This document shows positions 44,456 to 55,039 of a DNA stretch of 64,000 nucleotides, one piece after another. A program made the position numbers and the translations under genes. The DNA comes from an uncultured Myxococcales bacterium (GTDB lineage: Bacteria > Myxococcota_A > Polyangia > Fen-1088): assembly GCA_964571275.1 (NCBI GenBank), contig CAZNCQ010000006.1, positions 4,770 to 68,769 on the forward strand, written 5' to 3'. Below the pieces are notes generated by a model. It saw nothing but the letters and a program-made list of their open reading frames with translations. It was not told the origin of the DNA and did no database searches. Within the stretch, counting starts at the first letter, position 1, and every line of letters starts with the position of its first letter.

Positions 44456-45259
44456 TCAGCCCAGGCAGCACAGCACGCCCCCGGCGCGGTGCGAGTCCAT
44501 CGAGCCGCAGCCCTGGTCCACACCCTCGGGGATGTGCGTGTGCTGCTGCCAAACACCGTCACGGCAGGCGCCGAACTGGCCGCAGTCGCGGCCACAACAC
44601 ACGGGCTCGGAGCACCAGCCATGCTCGAAGCAGCTATAGCTCGCCGCCGGCGACGGATCGGCGCTGCAGCCTTGCTGCGCTTTGCAGTGCGAGATCGCCG
44701 CCGAAAAGCGGCCACCGCCGGCCGTCTCGCAATCGACCGCGCTCACTTGCCGCAGCTCCTGTACCGCGCCGTTCGCGCCGCACACGTGCCATCCCGGTGC
44801 GCACAGATCCGCCGGTGTGTCGCACGGCCCGATCTCGTCACCGCAGGCTCTGGCCGTTGGCGCCGCGCGCAGGCTCTGACGCCCCATCCAGGATCCGAGG
44901 CAACCCGCGATGCGCGGGAAGCGGGTGAGATCGAGAAAGGCCTCACGCCTGCCGTCCGCGCAGCCCACCACTGCGGGATTTCCCGGCGCGCCGTGCTCGA
45001 GCCGAATCGACCGCCCACGGTCGTCCGTGGTCGTATCCGACGTGGCGCCGGTTTGCATCCCGCCGGGGCCCGACATCGCCGGATAGCCCGCGTGTTCAGG
45101 CCCCGCACCCTGTGTTGGCCCGCCATAGGGAATCGGCTGAGCCTGCCCGTACCACTGCGGAGCGACCGGCGGGGGTGGTGGCGGGATGATGGTGCAGCCG
45201 GCGACGACCGCGAGGAGGGCGAGCGCAGAGAGACATCTCCGACCCCTTTTTGTCCACAT
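44456..45259 (-). CDS. Cys-rich lipoprotein, function unknown
   Basis: Lipobox VVAGCT with a Pro-rich linker. The C-terminal ~165 residues contain 18 Cys by my count. Confidence 0.6.
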   Translation of the reverse strand: MWTKRGRRCLSALALLAVVAGCTIIPPPPPPVAPQWYGQAQPIPYGGPTQGAGPEHAGYPAMSGPGGMQTGATSDTTTDDRGRSIRLEHGAPGNPAVVGCADGRREAFLDLTRFPRIAGCLGSWMGRQSLRAAPTARACGDEIGPCDTPADLCAPGWHVCGANGAVQELRQVSAVDCETAGGGRFSAAISHCKAQQGCSADPSPAASYSCFEHGWCSEPVCCGRDCGQFGACRDGVWQQHTHIPEGVDQGCGSMDSHRAGGVLCCLG

Positions 45260-45372
45260 GGGGCCGAAGGTAACCGATTCCTTTCGACAGAGGACGTGAA
45301 TCTCGGCGCCGCAGAAGGAGGCAGGAACGACCCCGAGCCGCCGAGCGTGCGCGCCGCCCGCCCCGACTGCTC

Positions 45373-47928
45373 TTAGTTGGAGTGATTCGGTCTCGGCGAG
45401 CTCGCGGGGTCGAGCGCGGCTATCAAGAGCATCGCGTCCACTGGCTTGACGAGGTGCACTTCGAAACCGACCGCGCGAGTCCGAGCGATGTCACCTTCAC
45501 GGCCATAACCGGTCAGGGCGATGAGGCGGGGCCGCGACTTGGTCGACGTTTCGGAGATCTGACGGGCCAGCTCGAACCCATCCATCACCGGTAGACCCAG
45601 ATCGAGAATGGCGACTTCGGCGGCGAAGGCTCGCAGCTTCTGGAGCGCGGTTGGTCCGTCGTGTGCCAGCACCACCTCGTGACCGAGAGTCCGCAGCATC
45701 TCCGCGAGCATCTCGGAGGCGTCCTCGTTATCATCGACCAAGAGAATGCGCCGAGGAGTGCCTCCCGCGACCCGGAGAGCTGGTGAAGGCACGCCGACGG
45801 ACGGTGCGGTCACCGGAAGCGCGGGCACGCGCACGACGAACTCGCTCCCCCTGCCCGGCCCGTTGCTGGTCGCGGCGACCGTCCCTCCGTGAAGCGTGAC
45901 CAGGCTCTTCACCAGCGCGAGCCCCAGACCGAGCCCTCCTTCCGAGCGCGCGATCGTGCGCGCTCCCTGCACGAAGAGATCGAATACATTGGGGAGGAGA
46001 TCAGGCCCGATGCCGTCGCCGTCGTCGCGGACGCGGATGACGGCGTGGCTTCCCTCGCGCTCTGCGCTCAGCCACACATGCCCCCCCGAGGGCGTGTACT
46101 TGGCGGCGTTCGTGAGGAGGTTCGACACCACCTGGGCCAGGCGTGGCGCGTCGGCATCGAGTGAAAGACCGGTTCGGGGCGCCGAGATGGTGAGTTGCTG
46201 GGCCCGCTGCTCGAGGAGAGGGCTCGCCATCTCGACGGCATTGGTCAAGACGTCCGAGATCTCGATGGGCGCGCGCGACAGCGAAATCAGCCCGCGCGCG
46301 ACGCGAGAGACGTCCAGCAGATCGTCGACGAGCGTGTTGAGATGAGAAACCTGGCGCTCGACCACCTCCCGCTCGCGCTGAACGTGTGCGTCCCCCCGCA
46401 GCTTCATGAGCTGCACCGCGGTGGAGATCGGCGCGAGCGGATTGCGCAGCTCGTGGCCGAGCATCGCCAGGAACTCGTCCTTGGAACGGCTCGCGGATTC
46501 GGCGCCCGCGCGCGCCTGGCGCTCGGCCGAGAAGAGCCTCGCGCGGTCCAGCGCCTGGGCGCAAAGGTCGCTCATGGTGAGCAGGAGCACGCGGTCCCTC
46601 GCATCGAAGGAACGCGCGCGGTCGAAACGAAGCCCGAGAACGCCCAGGAGCGTACCGTGCGCAACCAGCGGCAGCGCCGCCGACGCCTCGAAGTTTCCGG
46701 CCCCCATCGCATCCCGCAGTTCGGGGTATTGGTCGGAGCAGGCGACGAAGCTCTCAAAGAACAACGGGGTCCGCCGGCGGGCGGCGTCGGTGACCGGCGT
46801 TCGGGCGTTGATTGGCACGGAGGCAAAGCCACGAGCGACATCTTCCGGGTGCCCTCGCTGGCCGATCAGATCCAGGTTGCGCCCGTCGACGCTCGAAAGA
46901 AACACCGCGCTCCCCGTGGCCCCGACCGCGTCGGCACATTCCCGCAGGACCGCGGCCGATACATCCTCCGGCGTCAGCGCCTCCGAGAGCGCCGCCGTGA
47001 CGCGCTGAAGGCGAATCAGTCTCTCTTCGCTCGCACGCACCAGCTGCTCTGCCTTCTGAGCCGCTTCGCGGGCCGCCCTCTCGACGAAGAGACGATGCTC
47101 GTTCTCTTCGGCGCGCAGACTCTCGGTGAGATCGCGCGTGATCTTGGCGAAGCCACGAACCCGGCCGTCGGCGTCGCGCAGCACGGTCAACGAGCCCTGC
47201 ACCCAGAACAGCGAGCCGTCCTTGCGCACGCGCCAGCCCGTCGTCTGGTGGCTGCCATGAGCGAGGGCATCGGCCAGGAGCCTGGCCGGCACACCGGCAA
47301 TGCGATCCTCGGGCGTGAAGAACACATCATAGGGCTGGCCGATGATGTCGTCAGCATTCCAGCCCTTGATGTGCGCCGCGCCCGCGTTCCAGCTCGAGAC
47401 GCGGCCCTCTTCGTCCAACATATAGATGGCGTAGTCCCGCACGCTGTTGACGAAGAGCTGGAAGCGCTCCTCGCTGTCTCTCAGCCGCTCGACCGAGCGA
47501 TCGATTTCGAGTCGATCGCGCACCGTCATCACGAAGACGACCAGCTCGGCCCTCCGCGCCGACCCGAAGCACCACTCGATCGAGCGTTCCGTCCCGTCGC
47601 GCATCAAGCCCGGCAGCTCGACCTGCATGAGGTCGATCCCCTCTTTCATCGGCGGCGCGTCCGGCTGCCTCAGCCGTTCGGGGATCAGCGCATCCGTCGT
47701 CCGGCCGGCGAGCTCGCCGCGGTCATAGCCGAAGACCGCCTCGGCCCGCGCGTTCGCGCACAGGATCCGCCGGTTGGCATCGAACGCGACCAGCGCTTCT
47801 GCCGAAGCCTCCAGGATCTGCGCGGGCTCCGCGGACGACGATCCAACCTCGCCCAAAATGGCCCGCAACGCGTTGCGAGTCGAGTGCAACGCGTCGGCGT
47901 GGTCTTTCACGTCGGTATCGTAGCTCAT
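45373..47928 (-). CDS. hybrid sensor histidine kinase (PAS-PAS-GAF-HisKA-HATPase-REC)
   Basis: PAS modules and a GAF-like region. H-box LGHELRNPLAPI, HATPase motifs (NLLTNAAKYT, DDGDGI, GGLGLGLALV), receiver domain (ILLVDDN...VAILDLGLPVMDG...KP). Start chosen at MSYDTD (47928). Confidence 0.9.
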   Translation of the reverse strand: MSYDTDVKDHADALHSTRNALRAILGEVGSSSAEPAQILEASAEALVAFDANRRILCANARAEAVFGYDRGELAGRTTDALIPERLRQPDAPPMKEGIDLMQVELPGLMRDGTERSIEWCFGSARRAELVVFVMTVRDRLEIDRSVERLRDSEERFQLFVNSVRDYAIYMLDEEGRVSSWNAGAAHIKGWNADDIIGQPYDVFFTPEDRIAGVPARLLADALAHGSHQTTGWRVRKDGSLFWVQGSLTVLRDADGRVRGFAKITRDLTESLRAEENEHRLFVERAAREAAQKAEQLVRASEERLIRLQRVTAALSEALTPEDVSAAVLRECADAVGATGSAVFLSSVDGRNLDLIGQRGHPEDVARGFASVPINARTPVTDAARRRTPLFFESFVACSDQYPELRDAMGAGNFEASAALPLVAHGTLLGVLGLRFDRARSFDARDRVLLLTMSDLCAQALDRARLFSAERQARAGAESASRSKDEFLAMLGHELRNPLAPISTAVQLMKLRGDAHVQREREVVERQVSHLNTLVDDLLDVSRVARGLISLSRAPIEISDVLTNAVEMASPLLEQRAQQLTISAPRTGLSLDADAPRLAQVVSNLLTNAAKYTPSGGHVWLSAEREGSHAVIRVRDDGDGIGPDLLPNVFDLFVQGARTIARSEGGLGLGLALVKSLVTLHGGTVAATSNGPGRGSEFVVRVPALPVTAPSVGVPSPALRVAGGTPRRILLVDDNEDASEMLAEMLRTLGHEVVLAHDGPTALQKLRAFAAEVAILDLGLPVMDGFELARQISETSTKSRPRLIALTGYGREGDIARTRAVGFEVHLVKPVDAMLLIAALDPASSPRPNHSN

Positions 47929-48083
47929 TCCTGATTCCCCGGAGCAATTGGCCCCTCCCAAGCACGCGGGCGCGCCACGCTTCAGCTGTTCCGGTCGACC
48001 GCCATCTCGCCTGCCGGCGCCGAGCAGACCAGTCTCCACGCCCGTCCTTGCCGGCGTGGGGAACGAGCCGTAGGCTGCGGTCC

Positions 48084-48614
48084 ATGACGGCTCACGATAT
48101 CCCGACACCCGGCGCGTACGCGGGAGGGCTGGCTGCGTTCGAGCGTCTCACGGCGTGCTTTTACAAGAAGGTTCGCGCCGACGAGTTGCTGGCGCCGATC
48201 TTCGCCGAGATGAGCGAGGATCATCCGCAACACGTGGCCGCGTTTCTCGCGCAGTGCTTCGGTTGCGGGCACGCGTATTCCGGTGACCGCTCCGAGAACG
48301 AGGCCCTGAGGGAGATGGTCGGCAAGCACCTGGGCCGCCACCTGACCGAAGCGCAACGCCGCCGCTGGGTCGCGCTGCTGATGGACAGCGCCGACGAGGT
48401 CGGGCTGCCCAACGATCCCGAGTTTCGCTCGGCGTTCGCAGCCAAGATCGAGTGGGGCACGCGCATCGCCATCCAGAACTCGGCCGGGAACGAAAACCCG
48501 GTCCAGCCCGGCGACCACATCCCGCGCTTCGGTTGGGGCAGTGTGCGCGGGCCATACGAGATCGTCGGCAGCATCTGCGGCTTCGACCTCGACGACGAAG
48601 CAACGAAACGCTGA
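48084..48614 (+). CDS. truncated (2-on-2) haemoglobin-like globin
   Basis: FERLTACFYKKVRADELLAPIF...HVAAFLAQCFG....Y...MVGKHLGRHLTEAQRRRWVALLMDSADEVGL follows the trHb pattern (FY..V..D..L...F; H as proximal candidate). Confidence 0.65.
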   Translation: MTAHDIPTPGAYAGGLAAFERLTACFYKKVRADELLAPIFAEMSEDHPQHVAAFLAQCFGCGHAYSGDRSENEALREMVGKHLGRHLTEAQRRRWVALLMDSADEVGLPNDPEFRSAFAAKIEWGTRIAIQNSAGNENPVQPGDHIPRFGWGSVRGPYEIVGSICGFDLDDEATKR

Positions 48615-48626
48615 AGAGACCGTCCG

Positions 48627-49034
48627 TCAGCTCAGCTTCTCCAGCAGCGCCCGCAGCTCGGCCTGCTGCGCGACCGTCAAACGCGCCAGGCGGGCGCCGA
48701 ACGCCTCCGATAGCAGCGCGAGCCCGCGCGTCATCACTTTGCGGCCCGCGGGCGTGACGATGAGGCGGTGCCGCCGGAGGTCGCTGGCGTCGATCTCGCG
48801 CCGCACGAAACCCGCGGCCTCGAGGCGCTTCAGGTTGACGGTCACCGTGGGCTTCGGCATGCACAGCTGCTCCGCCAGCTTGGCCGGGTGCGGATGCTCG
48901 TCGATCTCGGCGAGCACGAAGAGCTCCTTGGTCTCGAGCCCCAGGTCGCTCACCTCGCGCGCGACGCTGGTGATGACCGACATCAGGAGTTGGTAGTTGA
49001 GAGACCAGATCTTCGCCGCGTCGATCTTCACCAT
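48627..49034 (-). CDS. MarR family transcriptional regulator
   Basis: Winged-helix core LFVLAEIDEHPHPAKLAEQLCMPKPTVTVNLKRLEAAGFVRREIDASDLRRHRLIVTPAG. Confidence 0.85.
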   Translation of the reverse strand: MVKIDAAKIWSLNYQLLMSVITSVAREVSDLGLETKELFVLAEIDEHPHPAKLAEQLCMPKPTVTVNLKRLEAAGFVRREIDASDLRRHRLIVTPAGRKVMTRGLALLSEAFGARLARLTVAQQAELRALLEKLS

Positions 49035-49127
49035 GCCCCCTTGCCGGGCGATTGATTTAGTATTAAACCATCTCGCAAATGAACTACCTGCGTGTGTGAA
49101 CTAAAGTAGCACACCCCAACCCTGGAG

Positions 49128-50222
49128 ATGCATGCCATGCCACTCGACCACTACGTCACGCTCGGCCGTTCCGGACTTCGCGTCAGCCCGCTCTGCCTCG
49201 GCACCATGACCTTCGGCGAGGATCTCGGCTGGGGCTCCAGCGTCGAGGAGTCACAGAAGATCATCGACCGGTACGTCGAGCTCGGCGGAAATTTCATCGA
49301 CACGGCGAACTTCTACACGAAGAGCCACTCCGAGAAGATCATCGGCGATCACATCGGCCGCCACGCGGCCCGCCGCGACCGGTTGGTCATCGCCACGAAG
49401 TTCAGCGGCAATCTCTATCCCGGCGATCCCAACGGCGGCGGCTCGGGGCGCAAGTCCGTCGTCGCGGCGTGCGAGAACTCGCTGCGGCGCCTGCAGACCG
49501 ACTACATCGATCTGTACTGGCTGCACAACTGGGACATGCACACGCCGATCGAAGAGACCATGGCCGCGCTCGAGGATCTCGTGCGCGCCGGCAAGGTGCG
49601 CTACCTCGGCGTGTCGGACACGCCGGCGTGGAAGATCGCCGAGGCGAACGTGACGGCACGGTTCCGGGGCTGGTCGGCGTTCATCGGCCTGCAGATCGAG
49701 TACTCGCTGCTCGAGCGGACCGTCGAGCAGGAGCTGGTCCCCATGGCGCACGAGCTCGGCCTCGGCATCACGCCGTGGTCGCCGCTCAAGAGCGGCGCGC
49801 TCAGCGGCAAGTACACGCGCAAGAACGCTGGTCAACTGAAGGGCGACCGCGGCACCTTCCTCGACCCCTTCCTCAACGAGAAGACCTACGCGCTGATCGA
49901 TGAGCTGGAGGTGATCGCCAAGCAGCACGACAGCACCGTGGCGCGCGTCGCGCTGGCGTGGCTGCGGGCCCAGCCCGGCGTGACGTCGACGATCATCGGC
50001 GCGCGCCGGATCGGTCAGCTCGAAGACAACCTGCAAGCTCTCGCGCTCCAGCTCACGGCGGAGAATCTGTCGCGGCTGGATGCGCTCACGAAGCCGGCGC
50101 TCGGGTTCCCGCAGCATATGCAGGCCTGGTTCCCGGCCATCCACAACGGCGGAACCAGCGTCAACGGCGTCCAGATGCCGCCGTCGGGCTTTGTGATGGA
50201 AAAGGGCGACAAGCCCTACTGA
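49128..50222 (+). CDS. aldo/keto reductase
   Basis: LGRSGLRVSPLCLGTMTFG, GGNFIDTANFY, DYIDLYWLHNWD and VRYLGVSDTPAW are typical AKR blocks. Confidence 0.9.
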   Translation: MHAMPLDHYVTLGRSGLRVSPLCLGTMTFGEDLGWGSSVEESQKIIDRYVELGGNFIDTANFYTKSHSEKIIGDHIGRHAARRDRLVIATKFSGNLYPGDPNGGGSGRKSVVAACENSLRRLQTDYIDLYWLHNWDMHTPIEETMAALEDLVRAGKVRYLGVSDTPAWKIAEANVTARFRGWSAFIGLQIEYSLLERTVEQELVPMAHELGLGITPWSPLKSGALSGKYTRKNAGQLKGDRGTFLDPFLNEKTYALIDELEVIAKQHDSTVARVALAWLRAQPGVTSTIIGARRIGQLEDNLQALALQLTAENLSRLDALTKPALGFPQHMQAWFPAIHNGGTSVNGVQMPPSGFVMEKGDKPY

Positions 50223-50250
50223 GGTCCGTCACCCTGCAGACCAACCGCGC

Positions 50251-52041
50251 TCACGATCGCTCCGGCACGTAGTAGAGCCGGAGCGACGCGCCCACGCGTA
50301 CGACGGGCTCGAACGCCTTGATCCAGTCGAACGCATCCACCGGATCGACGTGGAACTGGTACGACGCGCCCGGTGCACACGACTCGCGACGGAAGCTGAA
50401 ATGCAGTCCGGAGCGATAGAACTGCTCGCTCAGAACGATCCAGCCGGGCGCCGGCCGTCCCGGCTCGAGCGGGAGCATCTTTGGCATTGCCGAATCACAT
50501 GGGTTGACGATCGCGAACAGCCCGTAGTGGACCTCGCTGACGCCGCGCGCGGCGAGCTCGCGCTTGAGGAGGAGCATGTCCTGGCCCCAATCGAGATCGG
50601 AATCGATGAGGGCGTGTCCGGGCTCGTGGCCGGCCAGCGGATTGAAGTAGGCCATGAGCTGAGGGCGCGCGCGCGCGACCGACGCGACATTGATGGCGAT
50701 CAACAGACCGACCGCTGCCGCCGCAATCGCGCGGGGTCGCGGCGCCAGCGCCTCGATCCACGGCACCAGGACGCGCGCGGCAAAGATCGCCAGCAGCGGC
50801 ACGACGATCAGCATGTGCCGCAGGCCGATGTTGACGGTGATGATGGCGGAGAACGCCAGCGCGGCGAGCGCCGCCAGTCCAGCCCCGACGCCGCGCGTGC
50901 CGGGAGCGCCGAGCCCGCCGCGGCCCGCGCGCCGGAACGCCGCCAGCGCCACGCCCGCGGCAGCGGCGACCAGCGCCAAGAACGGCAACGGCGACTTCAA
51001 CGCCAGGCCGACCAGGTAGAAGCTGCGGAAGCCATGCTCGCGCGTCTGGCCATACAGGAAGGCGAGGTGGCCGTGAACGTCGTGGGCGCGCAGGAACAGG
51101 TACCCGTGCCAGAACTCCGGAGCGGGCAGCGGAAGCCGGGCGAGCCACGCGAGAAACGCGGAGCGCTGGCCGACCGGGGCCAGCGCGGGCGTACCGTCGT
51201 AGTCCATCGGGGGCAAGTCCTCGAGGCGGCCGACAGAGAAGCGGTAGCCGGCCCACACGACGACCAGCGCGGCGAGCGCCGCCAGAGCCACCTGCGTGGC
51301 CAGCGCGCGCCCGCGCGTCGCGGCGGCTCCGTCCCCCAACCACCGGCCACGCGTCGCGCGCCGGCCGCCGAGCCACGCCACCGCGAGCACGCCGCACAGG
51401 ATCGGCGCGGTCAACTTGCACAGCGACGCCAGCGCCAGCGCCGCCCCCACCAACACCGCGCGGCCGCGCGTGGGCCCGTCGGCCCAGCGATCGAGCGCGA
51501 GCAAGAACCCCAGCATGGTGGCCACGGCCGCGATGTCCGTCGTCGCGAAGCCGGCATGACCGAGCAGCGGCGGGTACGTCGCGACGAGCGCGGTCGCGAG
51601 GAACGCCGCGCGAGTCTGCTTTCTTCCCCCGGCGAGCGCGAACGTGAACCCCAGCGCCAGCAGCAGCCACGGGATCGTGCCCAGGCGCGCGAGCATCAGC
51701 GTGCGCGCGCCGCCGCCGTCGAGCAGCGAGATGCCCACGTCCCATACGCCCGAGTCGGGCGTGACCGGCCCCGGTAATCGAACGCCCGCCAGGTACGGGC
51801 CGAGCGCCGTCAGCACCTTGGGCAGCGGTGGATTCTCCGTCCACCAGCGGTAGGTCCCGAACTGCCACCACTCCATCCCGGTCGCCAGGTGGTGCGGCTC
51901 GTCGAACGTCATCGACAGCGCGGACGCCGACGCCACCGTCCAGACGACCGCGGCCACGACGAACACGAGGGCGAGCACGAGGAAAGCCGAAGGCGGAAGA
52001 TTCCTCTCACCCCGCACCTGCCCGTCCCGCTCATGTTCCAC
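50251..52041 (-). CDS. GT-C fold membrane glycosyltransferase (GT39/ArnT-like)
   Basis: 596 aa with >10 TM helices. N-terminal FDEPHH motif region is typical of PMT/ArnT-type enzymes. GTG start. Confidence 0.7.
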   Translation of the reverse strand: MEHERDGQVRGERNLPPSAFLVLALVFVVAAVVWTVASASALSMTFDEPHHLATGMEWWQFGTYRWWTENPPLPKVLTALGPYLAGVRLPGPVTPDSGVWDVGISLLDGGGARTLMLARLGTIPWLLLALGFTFALAGGRKQTRAAFLATALVATYPPLLGHAGFATTDIAAVATMLGFLLALDRWADGPTRGRAVLVGAALALASLCKLTAPILCGVLAVAWLGGRRATRGRWLGDGAAATRGRALATQVALAALAALVVVWAGYRFSVGRLEDLPPMDYDGTPALAPVGQRSAFLAWLARLPLPAPEFWHGYLFLRAHDVHGHLAFLYGQTREHGFRSFYLVGLALKSPLPFLALVAAAAGVALAAFRRAGRGGLGAPGTRGVGAGLAALAALAFSAIITVNIGLRHMLIVVPLLAIFAARVLVPWIEALAPRPRAIAAAAVGLLIAINVASVARARPQLMAYFNPLAGHEPGHALIDSDLDWGQDMLLLKRELAARGVSEVHYGLFAIVNPCDSAMPKMLPLEPGRPAPGWIVLSEQFYRSGLHFSFRRESCAPGASYQFHVDPVDAFDWIKAFEPVVRVGASLRLYYVPERS

Positions 52042-52131
52042 GCCGTTGTCTCCCCGAAGATTCGTCCGCCGCTGGTCGGCGGCGCCGCCGCGAGTATAGC
52101 GAAGGTCGGGGCGCGCCCGCGTGTCATTCGT

Positions 52132-53220
52132 TCACGCGCGGCCGTCTCGCACCGCCTCGATCCAGGCGAGCCCGAAGCGGGTGTCGGGCTCGAGGTAGTG
52201 TCCCTCGCTCCATTCGTTGAGAGAGGCGACGAACACCGCCTGCTCGTCGGGGGGAAGGCCGCCGGCGCGCGCGTGCGCCACGGCGCGTGCCACCGCTGCG
52301 CGAAAACGCTCGGGGTGCTCGCCGGTGACGACCGGCGACCAGGGGTAACGGTCGGGTCGGGTGGCGCCGAAGTCGGCGCCGCGCGGGGAGGCGTCCCAGC
52401 CCGGAGACACAGAGGGGTGGTACGGGAGCCGCGCGCGCGCCGCAAACAGCGGCCACTCGCGCGCTCGCAGCGCCGCCCGCTCCTGGTAATCTTGCACGGG
52501 CGGGCCTCTCCAATCGGGCAGGAGAACATAGTGCGTGACGCTGTCGAAGCCCGCGTCCGCCACCTGCCCGATGACGTCCGCGCTGGGATCGATCGCCGCC
52601 AGGTGCAACGGCGGCAGGCCGGCCGACGCGAGCATCGCTCGCGCATTCGCGATCGCCGCGCGAGCGCCGTCGAGACCGAGCTCGCGGAGAAAGAACGTCG
52701 AGTCGAAGATCGACAGGTAGGCGCGGCCGCCCAGCCGGATGTATTCCTCGCGGACGAAGTAGCGCTCGGCCAGGTAGCGCACCAGCGCGACGAAGTCGTC
52801 GACGTCGGTGGGCACGAGACGGTCGGGGTCGATCACCGCAACGTCAGCGCGGCGCACCGGGAGCACGCGGCGAGGCATGCGGTTCGCCCACATGATCGCG
52901 AACGGAAAGCGCCGGCCGGCGAGGCTGCCGAGAAAGCCGAGGTCGATCGCATCCTGGAACACGCGCTTGCCGCGGCACCAGAAGAACCCGAACACCAGAC
53001 CGTCGACACCGTGGTCGCGGCAGAGAGCGACGCGACGCTCGACGGCGGCGGGATCGCGATCGTCGTAGCGGCCCCAGAGCGGCAAGCGCGGCTGCACGTG
53101 CCCCGGGAAGCGAGGCCGGCTCTCGAAGACCAGATCCCACTCGGTGAAGCCGGGATAGTAGCGCTGGTCGCGCTCCGGGATCGGATGCCAACCCGGGTAG
53201 ACATAGGCGAGGACCCGCAC
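52132..53220 (-). CDS. WbsX-like glycosyltransferase / GH99-like domain protein
   Basis: VLAYVYPGWHPIPERDQRYYPGFTEWDLV...PRFPGHVQPRLP...GRYDDRD...HGVDGLVFGFFW matches the WbsX family N-terminal pattern. Confidence 0.7.
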   Translation of the reverse strand: MRVLAYVYPGWHPIPERDQRYYPGFTEWDLVFESRPRFPGHVQPRLPLWGRYDDRDPAAVERRVALCRDHGVDGLVFGFFWCRGKRVFQDAIDLGFLGSLAGRRFPFAIMWANRMPRRVLPVRRADVAVIDPDRLVPTDVDDFVALVRYLAERYFVREEYIRLGGRAYLSIFDSTFFLRELGLDGARAAIANARAMLASAGLPPLHLAAIDPSADVIGQVADAGFDSVTHYVLLPDWRGPPVQDYQERAALRAREWPLFAARARLPYHPSVSPGWDASPRGADFGATRPDRYPWSPVVTGEHPERFRAAVARAVAHARAGGLPPDEQAVFVASLNEWSEGHYLEPDTRFGLAWIEAVRDGRA

Positions 53221-53320
53221 GGGGGCGCAACACTACATCGGTTGCCACCTTCACGAGCCCCGTTGCGTTCACGAGGAGGCGGCGGAGCGTCCCGGCGTCA
53301 CTCCGCCGCCCCACCTCACG

Positions 53321-54145
53321 TCATCCCTTGAGGAACGCGAGCAAGTCGGCGTTGATCGTCTCGGCTTGCGTGGTCGGCATGCCGTGCGGAAAGCCTTTGT
53401 AGGTCTTGAGCGTTCCGTTCTTGACGAGCTTCGCCGACAGCGGCCCGGCATCGGCGTAGGGAACGATCTGATCGTCGTCGCCGTGCATGACCAGCACGGG
53501 GATCGTGATCTTCTTGAGATCCTCGGTGAAGTCGGTCTGCGAGAAGGCGACGACGCCGTCGTAGTGGGCCTTGGCGCCACCCATCATGCCCTGACGCCAC
53601 CAGTTCTGGATGATAGCCTCCGAGACCTTCGCGCCGGGCCGGTTGAAGCCGTAAAAGGGCCCCGCCGGAAGGTCGCGATAGAATTGCGAGCGATTGGCCG
53701 CGAGCTGCGCCTGCAATCCGTCGAACACCTCCTTGGGGAGCCCGCCCGGATTGGCCGCGGTCTTCAACATCAACGGCGGCACGGATGAGATGAGCACGGC
53801 CTTCGCGGCGCGGCCCTCGCCGTGCCGGCCCAGGTAGCGCACGACCTCGCCGCCGCCGGTCGAGTGACCGATGTGCACGGCCTTCTTGAGATCGAGATGC
53901 GCGGTGAGCGCGGCCAGATCGTCGGCGTAGTGATCCATGTCGTGACCTTCGCCGGTCTGTGAGGATCGGCCGTGACCGCGACGGTCATGCGCGATGACGC
54001 GATAGCCTTGGCGCAGAAAGAAGAGCATCTGCGTGTCCCAATCATCCGCCGACAGGGGCCAGCCATGGCTGAACACGAGCGGCTGTCCCTTGCCCCAATC
54101 CTTGAAATAGATCTCGACTCCGTCCTTGGTCGTAATGGTCGGCAT
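53321..54145 (-). CDS. alpha/beta hydrolase, non-haem haloperoxidase/perhydrolase type
   Basis: [40 protein letters not shown]..., nucleophile elbow GHSTGGG, C-terminal HG. This is the classic non-haem chloroperoxidase pattern. Confidence 0.9.
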   Translation of the reverse strand: MPTITTKDGVEIYFKDWGKGQPLVFSHGWPLSADDWDTQMLFFLRQGYRVIAHDRRGHGRSSQTGEGHDMDHYADDLAALTAHLDLKKAVHIGHSTGGGEVVRYLGRHGEGRAAKAVLISSVPPLMLKTAANPGGLPKEVFDGLQAQLAANRSQFYRDLPAGPFYGFNRPGAKVSEAIIQNWWRQGMMGGAKAHYDGVVAFSQTDFTEDLKKITIPVLVMHGDDDQIVPYADAGPLSAKLVKNGTLKTYKGFPHGMPTTQAETINADLLAFLKG

Positions 54146-54318
54146 GCAGACTCCTTGCGTGAGCTTTCTGGACGAGCGGTGCTCATCGATGGCGGAAACC
54201 TGGGGAACGTGGACATCCTGCCCGGGCGAACAATCCGGACTCGGCCTGACATGCGCGCCGAGGCGCGCAGCCCACCGCCCGAGTTTGACACAGACGCGGG
54301 CGGCTCAAGATTCGGGTC

Positions 54319-54879
54319 ATGAGCACACCTGGTTCTTTCGCGTCGGACATCGGCGAGATCCGCAAGCGGGCTCGCGAACATCTCGAGCAGGGAGCGCTGA
54401 CTCCCAACTATGGCGGCGACGTCGAGACGGCCATCTCACTCCTGAACGACGCAGTGGCGACCGAGATCGTCTGCGTCTTGCGCTATCGCTTTCATGCGAT
54501 CGCGGCCGCGGGCATCGCGAGCGACGCGGTCAAGGATGAGTTCGAGGAGCACGCCGACGAGGAAGAGCGTCACTTGCTCTGGATCGCCGAACGCATCAAC
54601 CAGCTCGGCGGCAAGCCGGACCTGAACCCGGCCGGCGTCTCGGCGCGCTCCGCCACCGAGTACGTGGAAGGCGAGAACCTCGTCGACATGATCAGGGAGA
54701 ACCTGATCGCCGAGCGCATCGTCATCGAGACCTATCGCGACCTCATCCGCTACTTCGCGGACAAGGATCCCACGACGCGATCATTGCTCGAAAAGGTGCT
54801 CGCGCAGGAAGAGGATCACGCGAACGACATGCACGACCTGCTCGTCGCCCACGAGGGCTGGCCGATGCTGGATCACTAG
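54319..54879 (+). CDS. ferritin-like (bacterioferritin-related) protein
   Basis: Di-iron ligand-like spacing: EIVCVLRY..., EHADEEERH, LAQEEDHANDM. Confidence 0.65.
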   Translation: MSTPGSFASDIGEIRKRAREHLEQGALTPNYGGDVETAISLLNDAVATEIVCVLRYRFHAIAAAGIASDAVKDEFEEHADEEERHLLWIAERINQLGGKPDLNPAGVSARSATEYVEGENLVDMIRENLIAERIVIETYRDLIRYFADKDPTTRSLLEKVLAQEEDHANDMHDLLVAHEGWPMLDH

Positions 54880-54924
54880 CGCCGTGCGCAGAGCGACGGC
54901 TTCTCGGCGCTAGGCCCGACGGGG

Positions 54925-54943
54925 CCGCAATCTTCAATTGCGG
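54925..54943 (+). terminator. short hairpin downstream of ferritin-like gene
   Basis: ccgcaat/cttca/attgcgg forms a 7-bp stem with a 5-nt loop. A second, looser 9-bp inverted repeat lies at 54876-54913. There is no U-tract. Confidence 0.25.
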
Positions 54944-55039
54944 GATTGCGCCTGGAGACCGAGACCTCCTCTTGCGGCCTTCGCCGAGGCTCCCCACTTT
55001 TCTCGTCCTCCTCGACGACCGAGGAGGCGGAGGAATCGA

